Shown: piece after piece, positions 19,046 through 34,405 of the stretch | Layout of the letters: the number at the start of each line of letters is the position of its first letter | Numbering within the stretch: position 1 is the first letter of the stretch | From: a virus | Taxonomy: Duplodnaviria > Caudoviricetes | IMG/VR virus record: IMGVR_UViG_3300030085_004328 | Span: 1 to 53,620 of that record | Strand: one strand, 5' to 3' | Length of the DNA stretch: 53,620 nt | Made by a program: the position numbers and the translations under genes | Notes under the pieces: model-generated | Told to the model about the DNA's origin: nothing | What the model saw: the letters and a program-made list of their open reading frames with translations, nothing else | The model's database searches: none

Positions 19046-19522
19046 TTAGTTAGGTTCTGGAGGCCAATTAACATTCCATGGAAATCCAGGTTGCTTTGTA
19101 ATATCTCTAAGACGTTTTCTATATCTTTTCCACTGGTCAACATCTTCATCCGTCATTATATTTTCATCGCCATAAAAACTAATTACCACCCAATCACATT
19201 CTTTTAACTTATTATTTCTGATACGTCTAACTTCTTCTCTCTTAGACACGGTTATCTCTTCTATTTCACTAGAAGACATTGAAGTGGTCTCCCAGGTTTG
19301 TATATAAAACCCTTGCTCATTTCTTATAGGAGTTCCTTCAACACATTTCATATATTTTGGAGCTTCTGGTTTTTTGGTATACTGATATAAACCATAACCA
19401 AAAGGTTCCACACAATCTGGAGTGAGAACTTTTGGAAAAGAAGTATTAGAATGTAATTGCCTAAAATTTTTGTCGTCAATTGGAGATCCTGTAGGAACTC
19501 CATTTTCTATTCTTATTAGCAT
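19046..19522 (-). CDS. Tail fibre assembly chaperone (Tfa/phage tail assembly chaperone-like)
   Basis: C-terminal VRRIRNNKLKECDW...WKRYRKRLRDITKQPGFPWNVNWPPEP signature. Confidence 0.88.
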   Translation of the reverse strand: MLIRIENGVPTGSPIDDKNFRQLHSNTSFPKVLTPDCVEPFGYGLYQYTKKPEAPKYMKCVEGTPIRNEQGFYIQTWETTSMSSSEIEEITVSKREEVRRIRNNKLKECDWVVISFYGDENIMTDEDVDQWKRYRKRLRDITKQPGFPWNVNWPPEPN

Positions 19523-19531
19523 TTTACTATA

Positions 19532-20431
19532 CTAGATCTCCTGAGTATTTATTGATGGAAACTGTCTAACATTACCTGGCCATATAATTCTCACTACTCC
19601 ACCTCCACCCGCTCCACCTGCAAGGTATAAATTAGAGGGACTTGTTTTAAGAAAACCAGATCTTCCTCCGCCACCATACGCTCCTCCATTTAAATCGCCA
19701 TTTGTTCCACCACTGCCGCCTCCAGCAGGAGTTGCATTTCCTAATCCAGAATCAGAACTTGCTCCACTACCCCCGCTTCCGCTAGTTCCTTGACCAAATA
19801 TTCCTGTCCCCCCACCAGAAGATGCACGACCTGGTTGAGTACTTGTATATGTTTGAGCCCAAGATCCTCCACCACCTCCAGATGATCCTCCAGTACCATC
19901 ATCTCCGGGATTTGCTACAGATCCAGAACCACCTTGACCACCAGATCCACCATCTCCACTATATCCACCTGCTCCTCCTCCACCATATCCTTGAGAGGCG
20001 TTTGCAGATCCTCCATTTCCACCACCGTCTCCAAAATAAGTTCCACCTACGCCAGATTTTGTTCCACCATAAGCAACTACTGTTATTTCTGGACTATCAA
20101 AACTTGAATCACCCCCATCTTCTCCAGTTATTGGATTAACAGAAGTTCCTGCGGAAGCTCCTCCAGATCCAACTATTACGGTATAAGATTGTCCTGGAAT
20201 AACAGGTACATCATTAGCATATGCTAATCCTCCACCACCTCCACCGGGAAAATCCGAAGAAGATACTAATGGACTACCACCACCACCGATACAAACTACA
20301 CTTACACTTCTTACTTTAGGTGGAGCAACCCAAGTATGTTCACCAGGAGTTGTGAATACTGCCTCATCATCTGCTGGAGATGCTGCTATAATAGCAGAAG
20401 ACATCATCATAAACTGAGATAAAAAATTCAT
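19532..20431 (-). CDS. Glycine-rich tail-tip/adhesin-like protein
   Basis: FTTPGEHTWVAP...VSVVCIGGGG...VIPGQSYTVIVGSGG...GAGGGGVVRIIW. Adjacent to the fibre chaperone. Confidence 0.8.
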   Translation of the reverse strand: MNFLSQFMMMSSAIIAASPADDEAVFTTPGEHTWVAPPKVRSVSVVCIGGGGSPLVSSSDFPGGGGGGLAYANDVPVIPGQSYTVIVGSGGASAGTSVNPITGEDGGDSSFDSPEITVVAYGGTKSGVGGTYFGDGGGNGGSANASQGYGGGGAGGYSGDGGSGGQGGSGSVANPGDDGTGGSSGGGGGSWAQTYTSTQPGRASSGGGTGIFGQGTSGSGGSGASSDSGLGNATPAGGGSGGTNGDLNGGAYGGGGRSGFLKTSPSNLYLAGGAGGGGVVRIIWPGNVRQFPSINTQEI

Positions 20432-20754
20432 GAGGATACTGTTGGATTTACTATTATTGAACCTTCGACTAATTTGATAATTTTATTAGTAGAAGAATTT
20501 TGAGAAATAATATCAAAATAATTTCTACCTTCTGTTAAATCATCAGTAACACTATTACCCATTGATATAACAACTGCATTATTAGTTGTGTCGATATGAG
20601 TATCAAAACTATACGAGGTACTCGCAGTTTCGTGCTTTCTAATTTTAGCGGTTATGGTTTCTGTACCAACTAAAGTTGTTAAAGCAATAGAAACTTTTTT
20701 CTCGAAATCAGTTCCTTTGTATATTACTAATGATGTTACTGCAGGAACACTCAT
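20428..20754 (-). CDS. Small conserved structural protein (Ig-like, cyanophage paralogous family)
   Basis: LVIYKGTDF...AKIRKH...LTEGRNYFDI...LVEGSIIVNPTVS. ATGA overlap with the next gene. Confidence 0.7.
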   Translation of the reverse strand: MSVPAVTSLVIYKGTDFEKKVSIALTTLVGTETITAKIRKHETASTSYSFDTHIDTTNNAVVISMGNSVTDDLTEGRNYFDIISQNSSTNKIIKLVEGSIIVNPTVSS

Positions 20755-20777
20755 TTGATTTACTTTTAGGTGTAGGA

Positions 20778-21197
20778 TTATTTATTATCTTGTTGCTGTT
20801 TTAAAAGTTTTGCTAGATCTGCGGTAGATCCAACAAAAAGAGCATTGGTAACATTTGTGGGTCCTTTTGAAGACTCTTCTTCAACATCTTTCAGTTTTTT
20901 CTGAAGATCCAATAATTTATCTGTTGCATCAGCAACATTTTTAATTAATTGACCAGCAACTTCATATGCTCTCGCTTGCTCCGTTTCCTGGGCTAATTCA
21001 AGGATACCATTAATTGCTTCCTGACCTTTTTCAATTAAAGAATAAAGATTTCCCCTTGTATAATCATAGTCTTTTTTTATATCATTAGAAGTTGCTTTTA
21101 TTTCTTCAATTTTCTTTTCAGGGGTTGCGGGTTCTACTTCAACTATGTCCGCATCGACATTAAAGGTATCATCTAGTTCTTCAAACTTATTACTCAT
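20778..21197 (-). CDS. gp16: Terminase small subunit
   Basis: DYDYTRGNLYSLIEKGQEAINGILELA...RAYEVAGQLIKNVAD...NNALFVGST-like motif (TNALFVGSTADL). Follows gp15. ATG at 21197 (ATGA overlap) preferred over the track start at 21203. Confidence 0.93.
   Translation of the reverse strand: MSNKFEELDDTFNVDADIVEVEPATPEKKIEEIKATSNDIKKDYDYTRGNLYSLIEKGQEAINGILELAQETEQARAYEVAGQLIKNVADATDKLLDLQKKLKDVEEESSKGPTNVTNALFVGSTADLAKLLKQQQDNK
20779..20785 (-). promoter_or_regulatory. Late promoter ATAAATA overlapping the gp16 stop
   Basis: About 25 nt upstream of the 108-aa gene. Confidence 0.65.
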
Positions 21198-22195
21198 GAC
21201 CAATCACCACTAAATCCAAAGTCATCACCAACTTCAATCTTGGCGTTATCAGCCTCAGTGATCAACTTAACCCCAGTACCACCAACGTGATCAATAACAG
21301 ATGTTGAATAATATCCTCTTGTTACTCTGAGTTTATTACCATTTACATCAGAGACGTATACTGTCTCTTCTCCGATCGATACTTTATCTCCTGCAGAAAT
21401 TCCCGAGGAAGAAACAACTTCCATGACTGTTTCTGTTTTAAGGAAGTCCTTAAGTAATGTAGTGGTATTACTATCGGAGTAACTCTTAGTAGCAACTGGT
21501 TCTGAAGTATATCTAACATCAATCTGTCTAGATCCAGCACCACCTGCACCAAATCCAATAACAGATTTTTTGATAATGTCCGTTGCAGAACCACTGGAAA
21601 TTGGTCCGAAGATATATGTTTTCGCGGTAAACCTTAAACTATAAATTAAAGATCTTCTGGATTCAAAATTTCCTTCATATTGATCATCCATTGATATAGA
21701 ATTCAATATAACAGGAACGTCTCTTTTTTCACCGATAGTATCGATGAGATTTACAGTCATCGTATACTGTGGTTGAAAATATGGTAAAATTTGCTCCACA
21801 ATTTGAAGCATCTCATCATTTATTTTTGTGTATATACTTAATTCAAAATCTACATTATAAGGTACGGGCATGTAATTTTTTCTAATATCCGAACCATCAT
21901 CTTTTGTTCCTGCTAAAAATGTTTGAGTAGTTGTTACCTTCCTTGCAGAATCATAAGAAATGCCAGTCATCTCAAAAGACATTCTAGGCAATGTAATTTG
22001 AGTTGCTTTGTTTAAATCTTCCGATTGCTCAAGCCTAGCAAGAAACTTTTGCATAGGTCCATATGCAAGAGGCACCTTTACTACTGAGGTAACATTATCT
22101 GAAGAATCTGTCTTTTTAATGTTAATATCATTAAAAAGTGTTCCAAATGATATTACCGTTTTTCTTAATATCTCGTGGTAGAAGTACTCAAACAT
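21194..22195 (-). CDS. gp15: Tail sheath stabiliser / tail completion protein
   Basis: YFYHEILRKTVISFGTLFN...VPLAYGP..KFLARL...LPRMSFE...QIVEQILPYFQP. Confidence 0.95.
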   Translation of the reverse strand: MFEYFYHEILRKTVISFGTLFNDINIKKTDSSDNVTSVVKVPLAYGPMQKFLARLEQSEDLNKATQITLPRMSFEMTGISYDSARKVTTTQTFLAGTKDDGSDIRKNYMPVPYNVDFELSIYTKINDEMLQIVEQILPYFQPQYTMTVNLIDTIGEKRDVPVILNSISMDDQYEGNFESRRSLIYSLRFTAKTYIFGPISSGSATDIIKKSVIGFGAGGAGSRQIDVRYTSEPVATKSYSDSNTTTLLKDFLKTETVMEVVSSSGISAGDKVSIGEETVYVSDVNGNKLRVTRGYYSTSVIDHVGGTGVKLITEADNAKIEVGDDFGFSGDWS

Positions 22196-22237
22196 TAGAT
22201 TAAATGATAATTATATACTATTTAACAAAAGTAACCC

Positions 22238-23710
22238 TTATGGGCGACCAAATGGGTTTGTTTCACTGAAATCCAATATAGCGTCCGCTTCGGTTTCAAA
22301 GTCATCATTAGACGCGAAAGGATCTGGTAGATTGAATTTATCAGCAATAGATCCAGGAGTTGCCTTGTGTCTTGCACCAGATTCTGCTCCAACAAACTCA
22401 TCGTAAATATTAAAATCTCCCGTGAGTCGTGAAAGATTTAATTGTTTTGTAGTAGAATTCCAATACCTTACTATAGCGGTGGTTGAACTACTAGATCCAA
22501 CAATTGTTTCTCCTATAATATAGTCTCCAGATCCACCAAGATAGGGATCTGCTACTGTTATTGTAGGTGGATTTGTTGTTGCATATCCAGCACCACCGTC
22601 AAGTATTTGAATTGCTGTGATAGTTCCCGCAGAACTTACGACAGCTTCTGCTATAGCAGTTGCACCAGATCCAACAGGAGCCGTGAAACTAATTGTAGGA
22701 AGACCAGAATATCCAGAACCACCATCAGTTACTGTTATGATTCCAACCACTCCATTAGCAGTTGATGCAGTTGCAACAAATCCAGATCCGCCACCACCAG
22801 AAGATCTTACAAGAGGATCTGAAGTATATCCATATCCAGAATTAGTTATTCTAACACCTTGAACTCTTGATTGATCAAGATTTGCACTACAGTAGTCAAC
22901 AACTCCAGTAATCATAGTTGCTACACCAACAGCTGTTGATCCGCCGATAGCAGGTGCAGATGAAAATATAATATCTGGAGTAGAAGTATATCCAGTACCT
23001 CTATTTGTAATAGTTACATATCTTACACCACCATCAAAGACTGCCGCTTGTGCTGATGCTGTAGATCCAATACCAAGCATTGTGTAAACTCTTGTTCCAG
23101 CCAAATCGGCACCGATACCAAGTGCAGCAGATCCAGATCCAGATCCAACCGCTGCGCCAAGGGAAGCATCTGATCCCAAGAGTGCATTATCAATTGCATC
23201 TACATCAGTATCAATAATTTCGTCACCAATTCTAAACAATTCACACCTTAATTCATAAACATAGTTTTTCTTCAGTTGATAAAATGGTTTTTCATGCTCT
23301 ACAAACTTAATTTCAAACAAACGATTACCCAAAGGAAAGAAAATTAAATCTCCCTCTTTTGGTCTGCTTGATAATTTAATATTACTCTTATTTTCTATTA
23401 AAGGTTTTATATATTCTTCATAACGTTCTCTAGAAATAACGAGAGTTAAATCATCTTGAGATTCAATACCAAACTTACTCATTATTTCCCCAGATCCTTC
23501 ATATCCTTCGCTAGTATCTACGTAGGCTTCGATAGGATATGCATCTCTAAATTCAGAATCAACTACTTCTCTTATAATAGTTTTTTCATTTACATAAAGT
23601 CTTGGGATGTAATAGACATCTACTCCATACATCCGAAGTTGTTCATTAACTAAATCTTGGATAAGATTTTGTTCTGCTTTTGTTCCTTGCTGAAAAAATG
23701 GATTGAGCAT
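22238..23710 (-). CDS. gp14: Neck protein with an inserted Gly/Thr-rich repeat region
   Basis: LNPFF...EQLRMYGVDVYYIPR...RPKEGDLIFFP...FEIKFVEHEKPFYQL...DFSETNPFG. Confidence 0.95.
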   Translation of the reverse strand: MLNPFFQQGTKAEQNLIQDLVNEQLRMYGVDVYYIPRLYVNEKTIIREVVDSEFRDAYPIEAYVDTSEGYEGSGEIMSKFGIESQDDLTLVISRERYEEYIKPLIENKSNIKLSSRPKEGDLIFFPLGNRLFEIKFVEHEKPFYQLKKNYVYELRCELFRIGDEIIDTDVDAIDNALLGSDASLGAAVGSGSGSAALGIGADLAGTRVYTMLGIGSTASAQAAVFDGGVRYVTITNRGTGYTSTPDIIFSSAPAIGGSTAVGVATMITGVVDYCSANLDQSRVQGVRITNSGYGYTSDPLVRSSGGGGSGFVATASTANGVVGIITVTDGGSGYSGLPTISFTAPVGSGATAIAEAVVSSAGTITAIQILDGGAGYATTNPPTITVADPYLGGSGDYIIGETIVGSSSSTTAIVRYWNSTTKQLNLSRLTGDFNIYDEFVGAESGARHKATPGSIADKFNLPDPFASNDDFETEADAILDFSETNPFGRP

Positions 23711-23716
23711 ATCTTA

Positions 23717-24535
23717 TCATCCTATCATATCTAAAGGAGGCATCTCATAATAAGTGGGCATTTGTTCCATGATAGTATCAATCTCTTTTTGAGCATCATC
23801 AAATAATTGTCTACCATTTAGTTCTATGCCGCCAGGAAGTTTTACTCCCTGGAATTTTATGAGGTTCATCCCCCATTGACGCTTGATCAGAGAAGTTAAG
23901 TATCTCTTTAAGAATGAATCGTTATATACTTTTGAATATGATGATGGATCGGCAATAGCATAAGCATCCAACACCAAATATTCATCAGCAACTGCTTCAT
24001 TCCAATCCATATCAATATATAATCTACCTTTTCTCTGATTAAATCTAATCTTCTTCTGAGTAGTAAGTAAATGATCGATATCTGATAAAAATGTCTGAGT
24101 CATCTGATACGTTAATAACTCAGTAGATCCCAAATAATGAATATCATTTAAGAATAATTGATATTTGAAGTTAAACATCCCACTAGAGATGTTATTGGAT
24201 CCATTGAAATGAAGAATCCTCTCCACACCGATTACTCCATCGGGGAGAGGTAAGTATCTAGAATCTTCTTCATAATCATAATCAATACCACCATCACTTA
24301 CTGTAGTAGTGGTTATTCCTGCTGTTCCTTTTCCTCTATCAATATCAGTTTGAGTGAGTTTATACTTCAAGTAAGTTTTTTCCACTCCATCAAAATGACG
24401 CTCTTGGAAAAATTGAAGTGCATCATCCAGGAGATCATCTATTTGCTCATCTGCAACGTTAATTTCCAATACAGGAGCACCTAGTTGTCTCTTACAGTAA
24501 TCTATTAGGGTTTGTCTGGATGATGGTTGAGCCAT
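23717..24535 (-). CDS. gp13: Neck protein
   Basis: LIDYCKRQLGAPVLEINV...ERHFDG...KRQWGMNLIKFQGVKLPGGIELNG...PPLDMIG. Confidence 0.96.
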   Translation of the reverse strand: MAQPSSRQTLIDYCKRQLGAPVLEINVADEQIDDLLDDALQFFQERHFDGVEKTYLKYKLTQTDIDRGKGTAGITTTTVSDGGIDYDYEEDSRYLPLPDGVIGVERILHFNGSNNISSGMFNFKYQLFLNDIHYLGSTELLTYQMTQTFLSDIDHLLTTQKKIRFNQRKGRLYIDMDWNEAVADEYLVLDAYAIADPSSYSKVYNDSFLKRYLTSLIKRQWGMNLIKFQGVKLPGGIELNGRQLFDDAQKEIDTIMEQMPTYYEMPPLDMIG

Positions 24536-24699
24536 TAGATTATTTTAAGGGTTTCTTGCTGTTTTAAGTACAACTTAACGTAACTTTTAGTTACATCTCG
24601 GAGAACTTTGATATCATCTATACTATCTATATCTCTAGAAAGTTTTTCATATTCAAAGTTCTTAGATAGTTTCTCAAGTTTGATTTCATCAGGATTCAT
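24535..24699 (-). CDS. 54-aa helical protein, NblA-like (absent from the ORF track)
   Basis: Manual translation MNPDEIKLEKLSKNFEYEKLSRDIDSIDDIKVLRDVTKSYVKLYLKQQETLKII. GGAG RBS upstream. Fills the gap exactly and its TAA overlaps the gp13 ATG (TAATG). The ORF is well supported; the NblA resemblance is by eye only. Confidence 0.7.
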   Translation of the reverse strand: MNPDEIKLEKLSKNFEYEKLSRDIDSIDDIKVLRDVTKSYVKLYLKQQETLKII

Positions 24700-24967
24700 T
24701 TTGTAACTCCTTTACTTTTTGTTGCAATTCTAACACGGCAATTTTTAAAAATTCAATATCATGTGAAATTTGATTTCTTTCTTGCTCTTCTTTCCACTTT
24801 ACTTCCCTCATGGTCAAGTATGCTTCATAATCACCATTATTTGTGTTGATTACAGCACCAGTGTGTTCATCTTTAAGAAGATCGTTGTAATCCTTTACAA
24901 GGGCAACACCTTTTTCTTCTTCATCATCATCATCAATATCAATATACTGATCAAATTCTTCATCCAT
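24689..24967 (-). CDS. Small acidic coiled-coil protein that follows the VrlC-like gene
   Basis: 92 aa. LLKDEHTGAVINTN...Y..Y motif, C-terminal heptads, poly-acidic N-terminus. Confidence 0.8.
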   Translation of the reverse strand: MDEEFDQYIDIDDDDEEEKGVALVKDYNDLLKDEHTGAVINTNNGDYEAYLTMREVKWKEEQERNQISHDIEFLKIAVLELQQKVKELQNES

Positions 24968-24969
24968 AA

Positions 24970-27477
24970 TTAAGCAAGCGCAATTACTCTAAGGTCTTTT
25001 AATCTAACTGGATACGTTGTATCTGTTGTAGATGCACATAATTTTATACCAAAAGCTCTAAAAGATGGGAGTTTATTGATACTAAATTTAAGTTCTTGGA
25101 AGTCTAATTCATCTGATTGGAATCCTTTACTATCAGTTTTTGATAGTCTTTCATCTGGAGTTCCATCACACTTAGCAAGATCTTCAACATTTCCTTGATT
25201 ATCAATATTATCAAATCCTGGGAAAGGATAATAAATTAGGTCTTCCTTACCATCATCATCAATAGCATAGAAGGCTCTTAAATCACTAGTAGTATTCACA
25301 TACGCAGTAACATAAACCTGAAGAGATGTTGCGGCATTCTCTAGAGTTATAGGTCTAGTAGCATAAACAAAAGCATGAGGATCATTTTCTAAGTCCGCAG
25401 TACGCTCATCATTAGCATAATCCGTAATAGGATTATTCATTCTATTGCCGATTAAAATAACAGAACAACGGTCTAAATCTATCATTGGAGATAGTGTGGG
25501 AGACGTTGTAGTTAAATTGACGGATATATTGAGGGATTTATTTCCTTCAATTCCATCAATTCCATCAAGAAGTTCTGTTTCATTAATGCGAGAACAGATT
25601 ATTCTAGGAGAATCTAAGAAATGCTCTTCCTCACCAGAAAGTTTTTCAAAGTCTGTAGCGAGATATGCTTCTTGATCACCACCAACACTTCTTCCAGTAG
25701 TAGTTCTTAGATTAAGTTCTACCTCAGTACCATTAACTTCTGTTGCGGAAATTTCTGGGTCGATAATCTCAAATTGAATATTCTGAGTAGCGGTAATATC
25801 GTCACCACCACTAGACTTAGTTTCTCTGAAGTGTAAATCTGGATATCCAAAAGGACTATCTGATCTATCTATTCCAGACTCTTGAGGATCAATTCTTATA
25901 TGATAAAAATCTAGATCGATTGGATTATCTACGGTTGCATCTTGCAATTCATGAACTTTATTAATTCTTCTGAGAGAAACTCCATTAAGTTCGTATTTAA
26001 CAACGTCAACTCCTGCTTCATAAGAAGATCCTGGAGTATCATCAATTTCTCTTGTAATTCCTGTTAGATTAAGTCCATCAATTCCAGTGTATGCAATTAT
26101 TTCTTCCTCAATTTGAATATATCCTGGATTTGTTGAAGATACACCAACATTTTCAAAATTAGCAAAAATACTCAATCCAGTTTCATCATCGATAAGTATA
26201 TCATCCAGAGGAATTGGAGCTGTAGAATCTTCCCCAATATCTGCCGTTGTGTCTACACTAGGATGATCTGGATCAACATCATCAATTGAAACAACACTTT
26301 CTGGAGCATACATTCCATGATTTGGATGATTTACCTTGATATGCAAACCATCATGTATAACTGTAGTATCACTAACTGTTAATCCACCAGAAGATGCGTT
26401 TATTTGGGTTGTGATTCCACTAGAATTTTCGTAAGTAACGGTACTTCCAGCACCAGTTTTGAAATTTCCTTGAATATCATCAACAATAATTTCATTTATG
26501 TCTCCAAGTTCACCAATTGATAATCTTAGGTTTCTTCCTAATCCCGATCCAATCGTATTGGCTGTTACTAGGTCTCCAACTTGATATCCAGATCCACCAG
26601 CAACAATAGTTGCACCAACAGCAACTCCATTTTGAACAGTTAAATTGCAAGTAGCGTTTCTTCCTTCTCCTGTAACTTTTGTTAATGCAACATCAAAATA
26701 TGTTAAACCTCCAATGGACGGTGTGAGTCCAATACCTGCATTAAAGATTGATAGTGATGATGCGGCACCAGCATTTGAAATATAATTTCCTGTAACGTTA
26801 GAATTTTCCTGCTTTACCGTAACACCAGTAGTAAATCCAACTTCATTTAATCCACCACTTAAAAGTAATCTTACTTGTCTAGATTCCATTTCAAATGCAT
26901 CATTATCCAAAATAGAAACTTGATCGTTTCCTACGGATAACTCTGGATTATAGAAGTTTATATTTCCTGAATTTTCTAAGAAGTTAGCTCTGTACAGAGT
27001 AAACTTCATATCCTCCCTTTCTGATGGTGTCCATGTTGCACCATTTTGAGATCTAAAGAATACTCCAGAGTTTGGGTTTGATGAAACATATACCGACTTA
27101 GAATCGTCTTGATTTGCTTTAGTAACGTCGGGTTCTCCCATTTTTGCAACCCACACCGAATAGTCTTTACTATTGGCGGTAACAACAAGGGAATGAAAAG
27201 TTTCTCCCTTTAAAAATACTGGAGATTTAAATTTAAAGTTGGTTGGAAGATTCGCAGCAGGATCTGCGGTTACATCACTTGGTTCTAGTGTAACCTGGGA
27301 AAATGGATAAATGTCTGCTGATGATGGAACTCCATTTACTGTAGGTCTTAATTCTACAGAAACAGGTAAACGGCGATCACCTTCATAAAAGTAGATATCA
27401 ACAGATGTCGCAAAAATCCCTTTAGGATTATCAACGTAAAATGTTTGTGCTAACGGATCAATTAGTTTATCGGACAT
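24970..27477 (-). CDS. Virion structural protein corresponding to the C-terminal part of a VrlC/DUF4815-like tail protein
   Basis: Begins with DPLAQTF. FRSQNGATWTP...EDMKFTLYRANF. Ends LKDLRVIALA. These motifs normally lie in the same polypeptide as the upstream gene. Confidence 0.85.
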   Translation of the reverse strand: MSDKLIDPLAQTFYVDNPKGIFATSVDIYFYEGDRRLPVSVELRPTVNGVPSSADIYPFSQVTLEPSDVTADPAANLPTNFKFKSPVFLKGETFHSLVVTANSKDYSVWVAKMGEPDVTKANQDDSKSVYVSSNPNSGVFFRSQNGATWTPSEREDMKFTLYRANFLENSGNINFYNPELSVGNDQVSILDNDAFEMESRQVRLLLSGGLNEVGFTTGVTVKQENSNVTGNYISNAGAASSLSIFNAGIGLTPSIGGLTYFDVALTKVTGEGRNATCNLTVQNGVAVGATIVAGGSGYQVGDLVTANTIGSGLGRNLRLSIGELGDINEIIVDDIQGNFKTGAGSTVTYENSSGITTQINASSGGLTVSDTTVIHDGLHIKVNHPNHGMYAPESVVSIDDVDPDHPSVDTTADIGEDSTAPIPLDDILIDDETGLSIFANFENVGVSSTNPGYIQIEEEIIAYTGIDGLNLTGITREIDDTPGSSYEAGVDVVKYELNGVSLRRINKVHELQDATVDNPIDLDFYHIRIDPQESGIDRSDSPFGYPDLHFRETKSSGGDDITATQNIQFEIIDPEISATEVNGTEVELNLRTTTGRSVGGDQEAYLATDFEKLSGEEEHFLDSPRIICSRINETELLDGIDGIEGNKSLNISVNLTTTSPTLSPMIDLDRCSVILIGNRMNNPITDYANDERTADLENDPHAFVYATRPITLENAATSLQVYVTAYVNTTSDLRAFYAIDDDGKEDLIYYPFPGFDNIDNQGNVEDLAKCDGTPDERLSKTDSKGFQSDELDFQELKFSINKLPSFRAFGIKLCASTTDTTYPVRLKDLRVIALA

Positions 27478-27512
27478 TTATCTGCTCAATAGCTTTGGTG
27501 AATAATTTACCT

Positions 27513-27767
27513 TTATTTATTTCTCTTTAGTGAATTAAGTTCTGTCTTAAGTTCTTTAATAGCCTCAACTAAGACGGGTATCATCTGAATATAATCGACA
27601 GATAAGTACCCATCTTCTTCATATACCATTTCTGGAAATTCTTTTTGAACCTCCTGGGCTATGAGTCCATACTCATAACCCTCTCTTCCATGATGCTCTT
27701 TCATTTCGTCTTTCCACTCATAGAGTGTTCCATTAAGTTTACATACTTTAGTCAAAGGAGAAGTCAT
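27513..27767 (-). CDS. Stand-alone peptidase S74-type chaperone body lacking the SDxxLK cleavage motif
   Basis: LTKVCKLNGTLYEWK...YGLIAQEVQKEFPEMV...YLSVDYIQMIPVLVEAIKELK aligns by eye with the S74 domain of 1059..3254. Confidence 0.88.
   Translation of the reverse strand: MTSPLTKVCKLNGTLYEWKDEMKEHHGREGYEYGLIAQEVQKEFPEMVYEEDGYLSVDYIQMIPVLVEAIKELKTELNSLKRNK
27514..27520 (-). promoter_or_regulatory. Late promoter ATAAATA overlapping the stop of the S74 ORF
   Basis: About 37 nt upstream of the 835-aa gene. Confidence 0.6.
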
Positions 27768-27775
27768 AATATATT

Positions 27776-34399
<6,624 letters not shown>

Positions 34400-34405
34400 G
34401 ATTTC

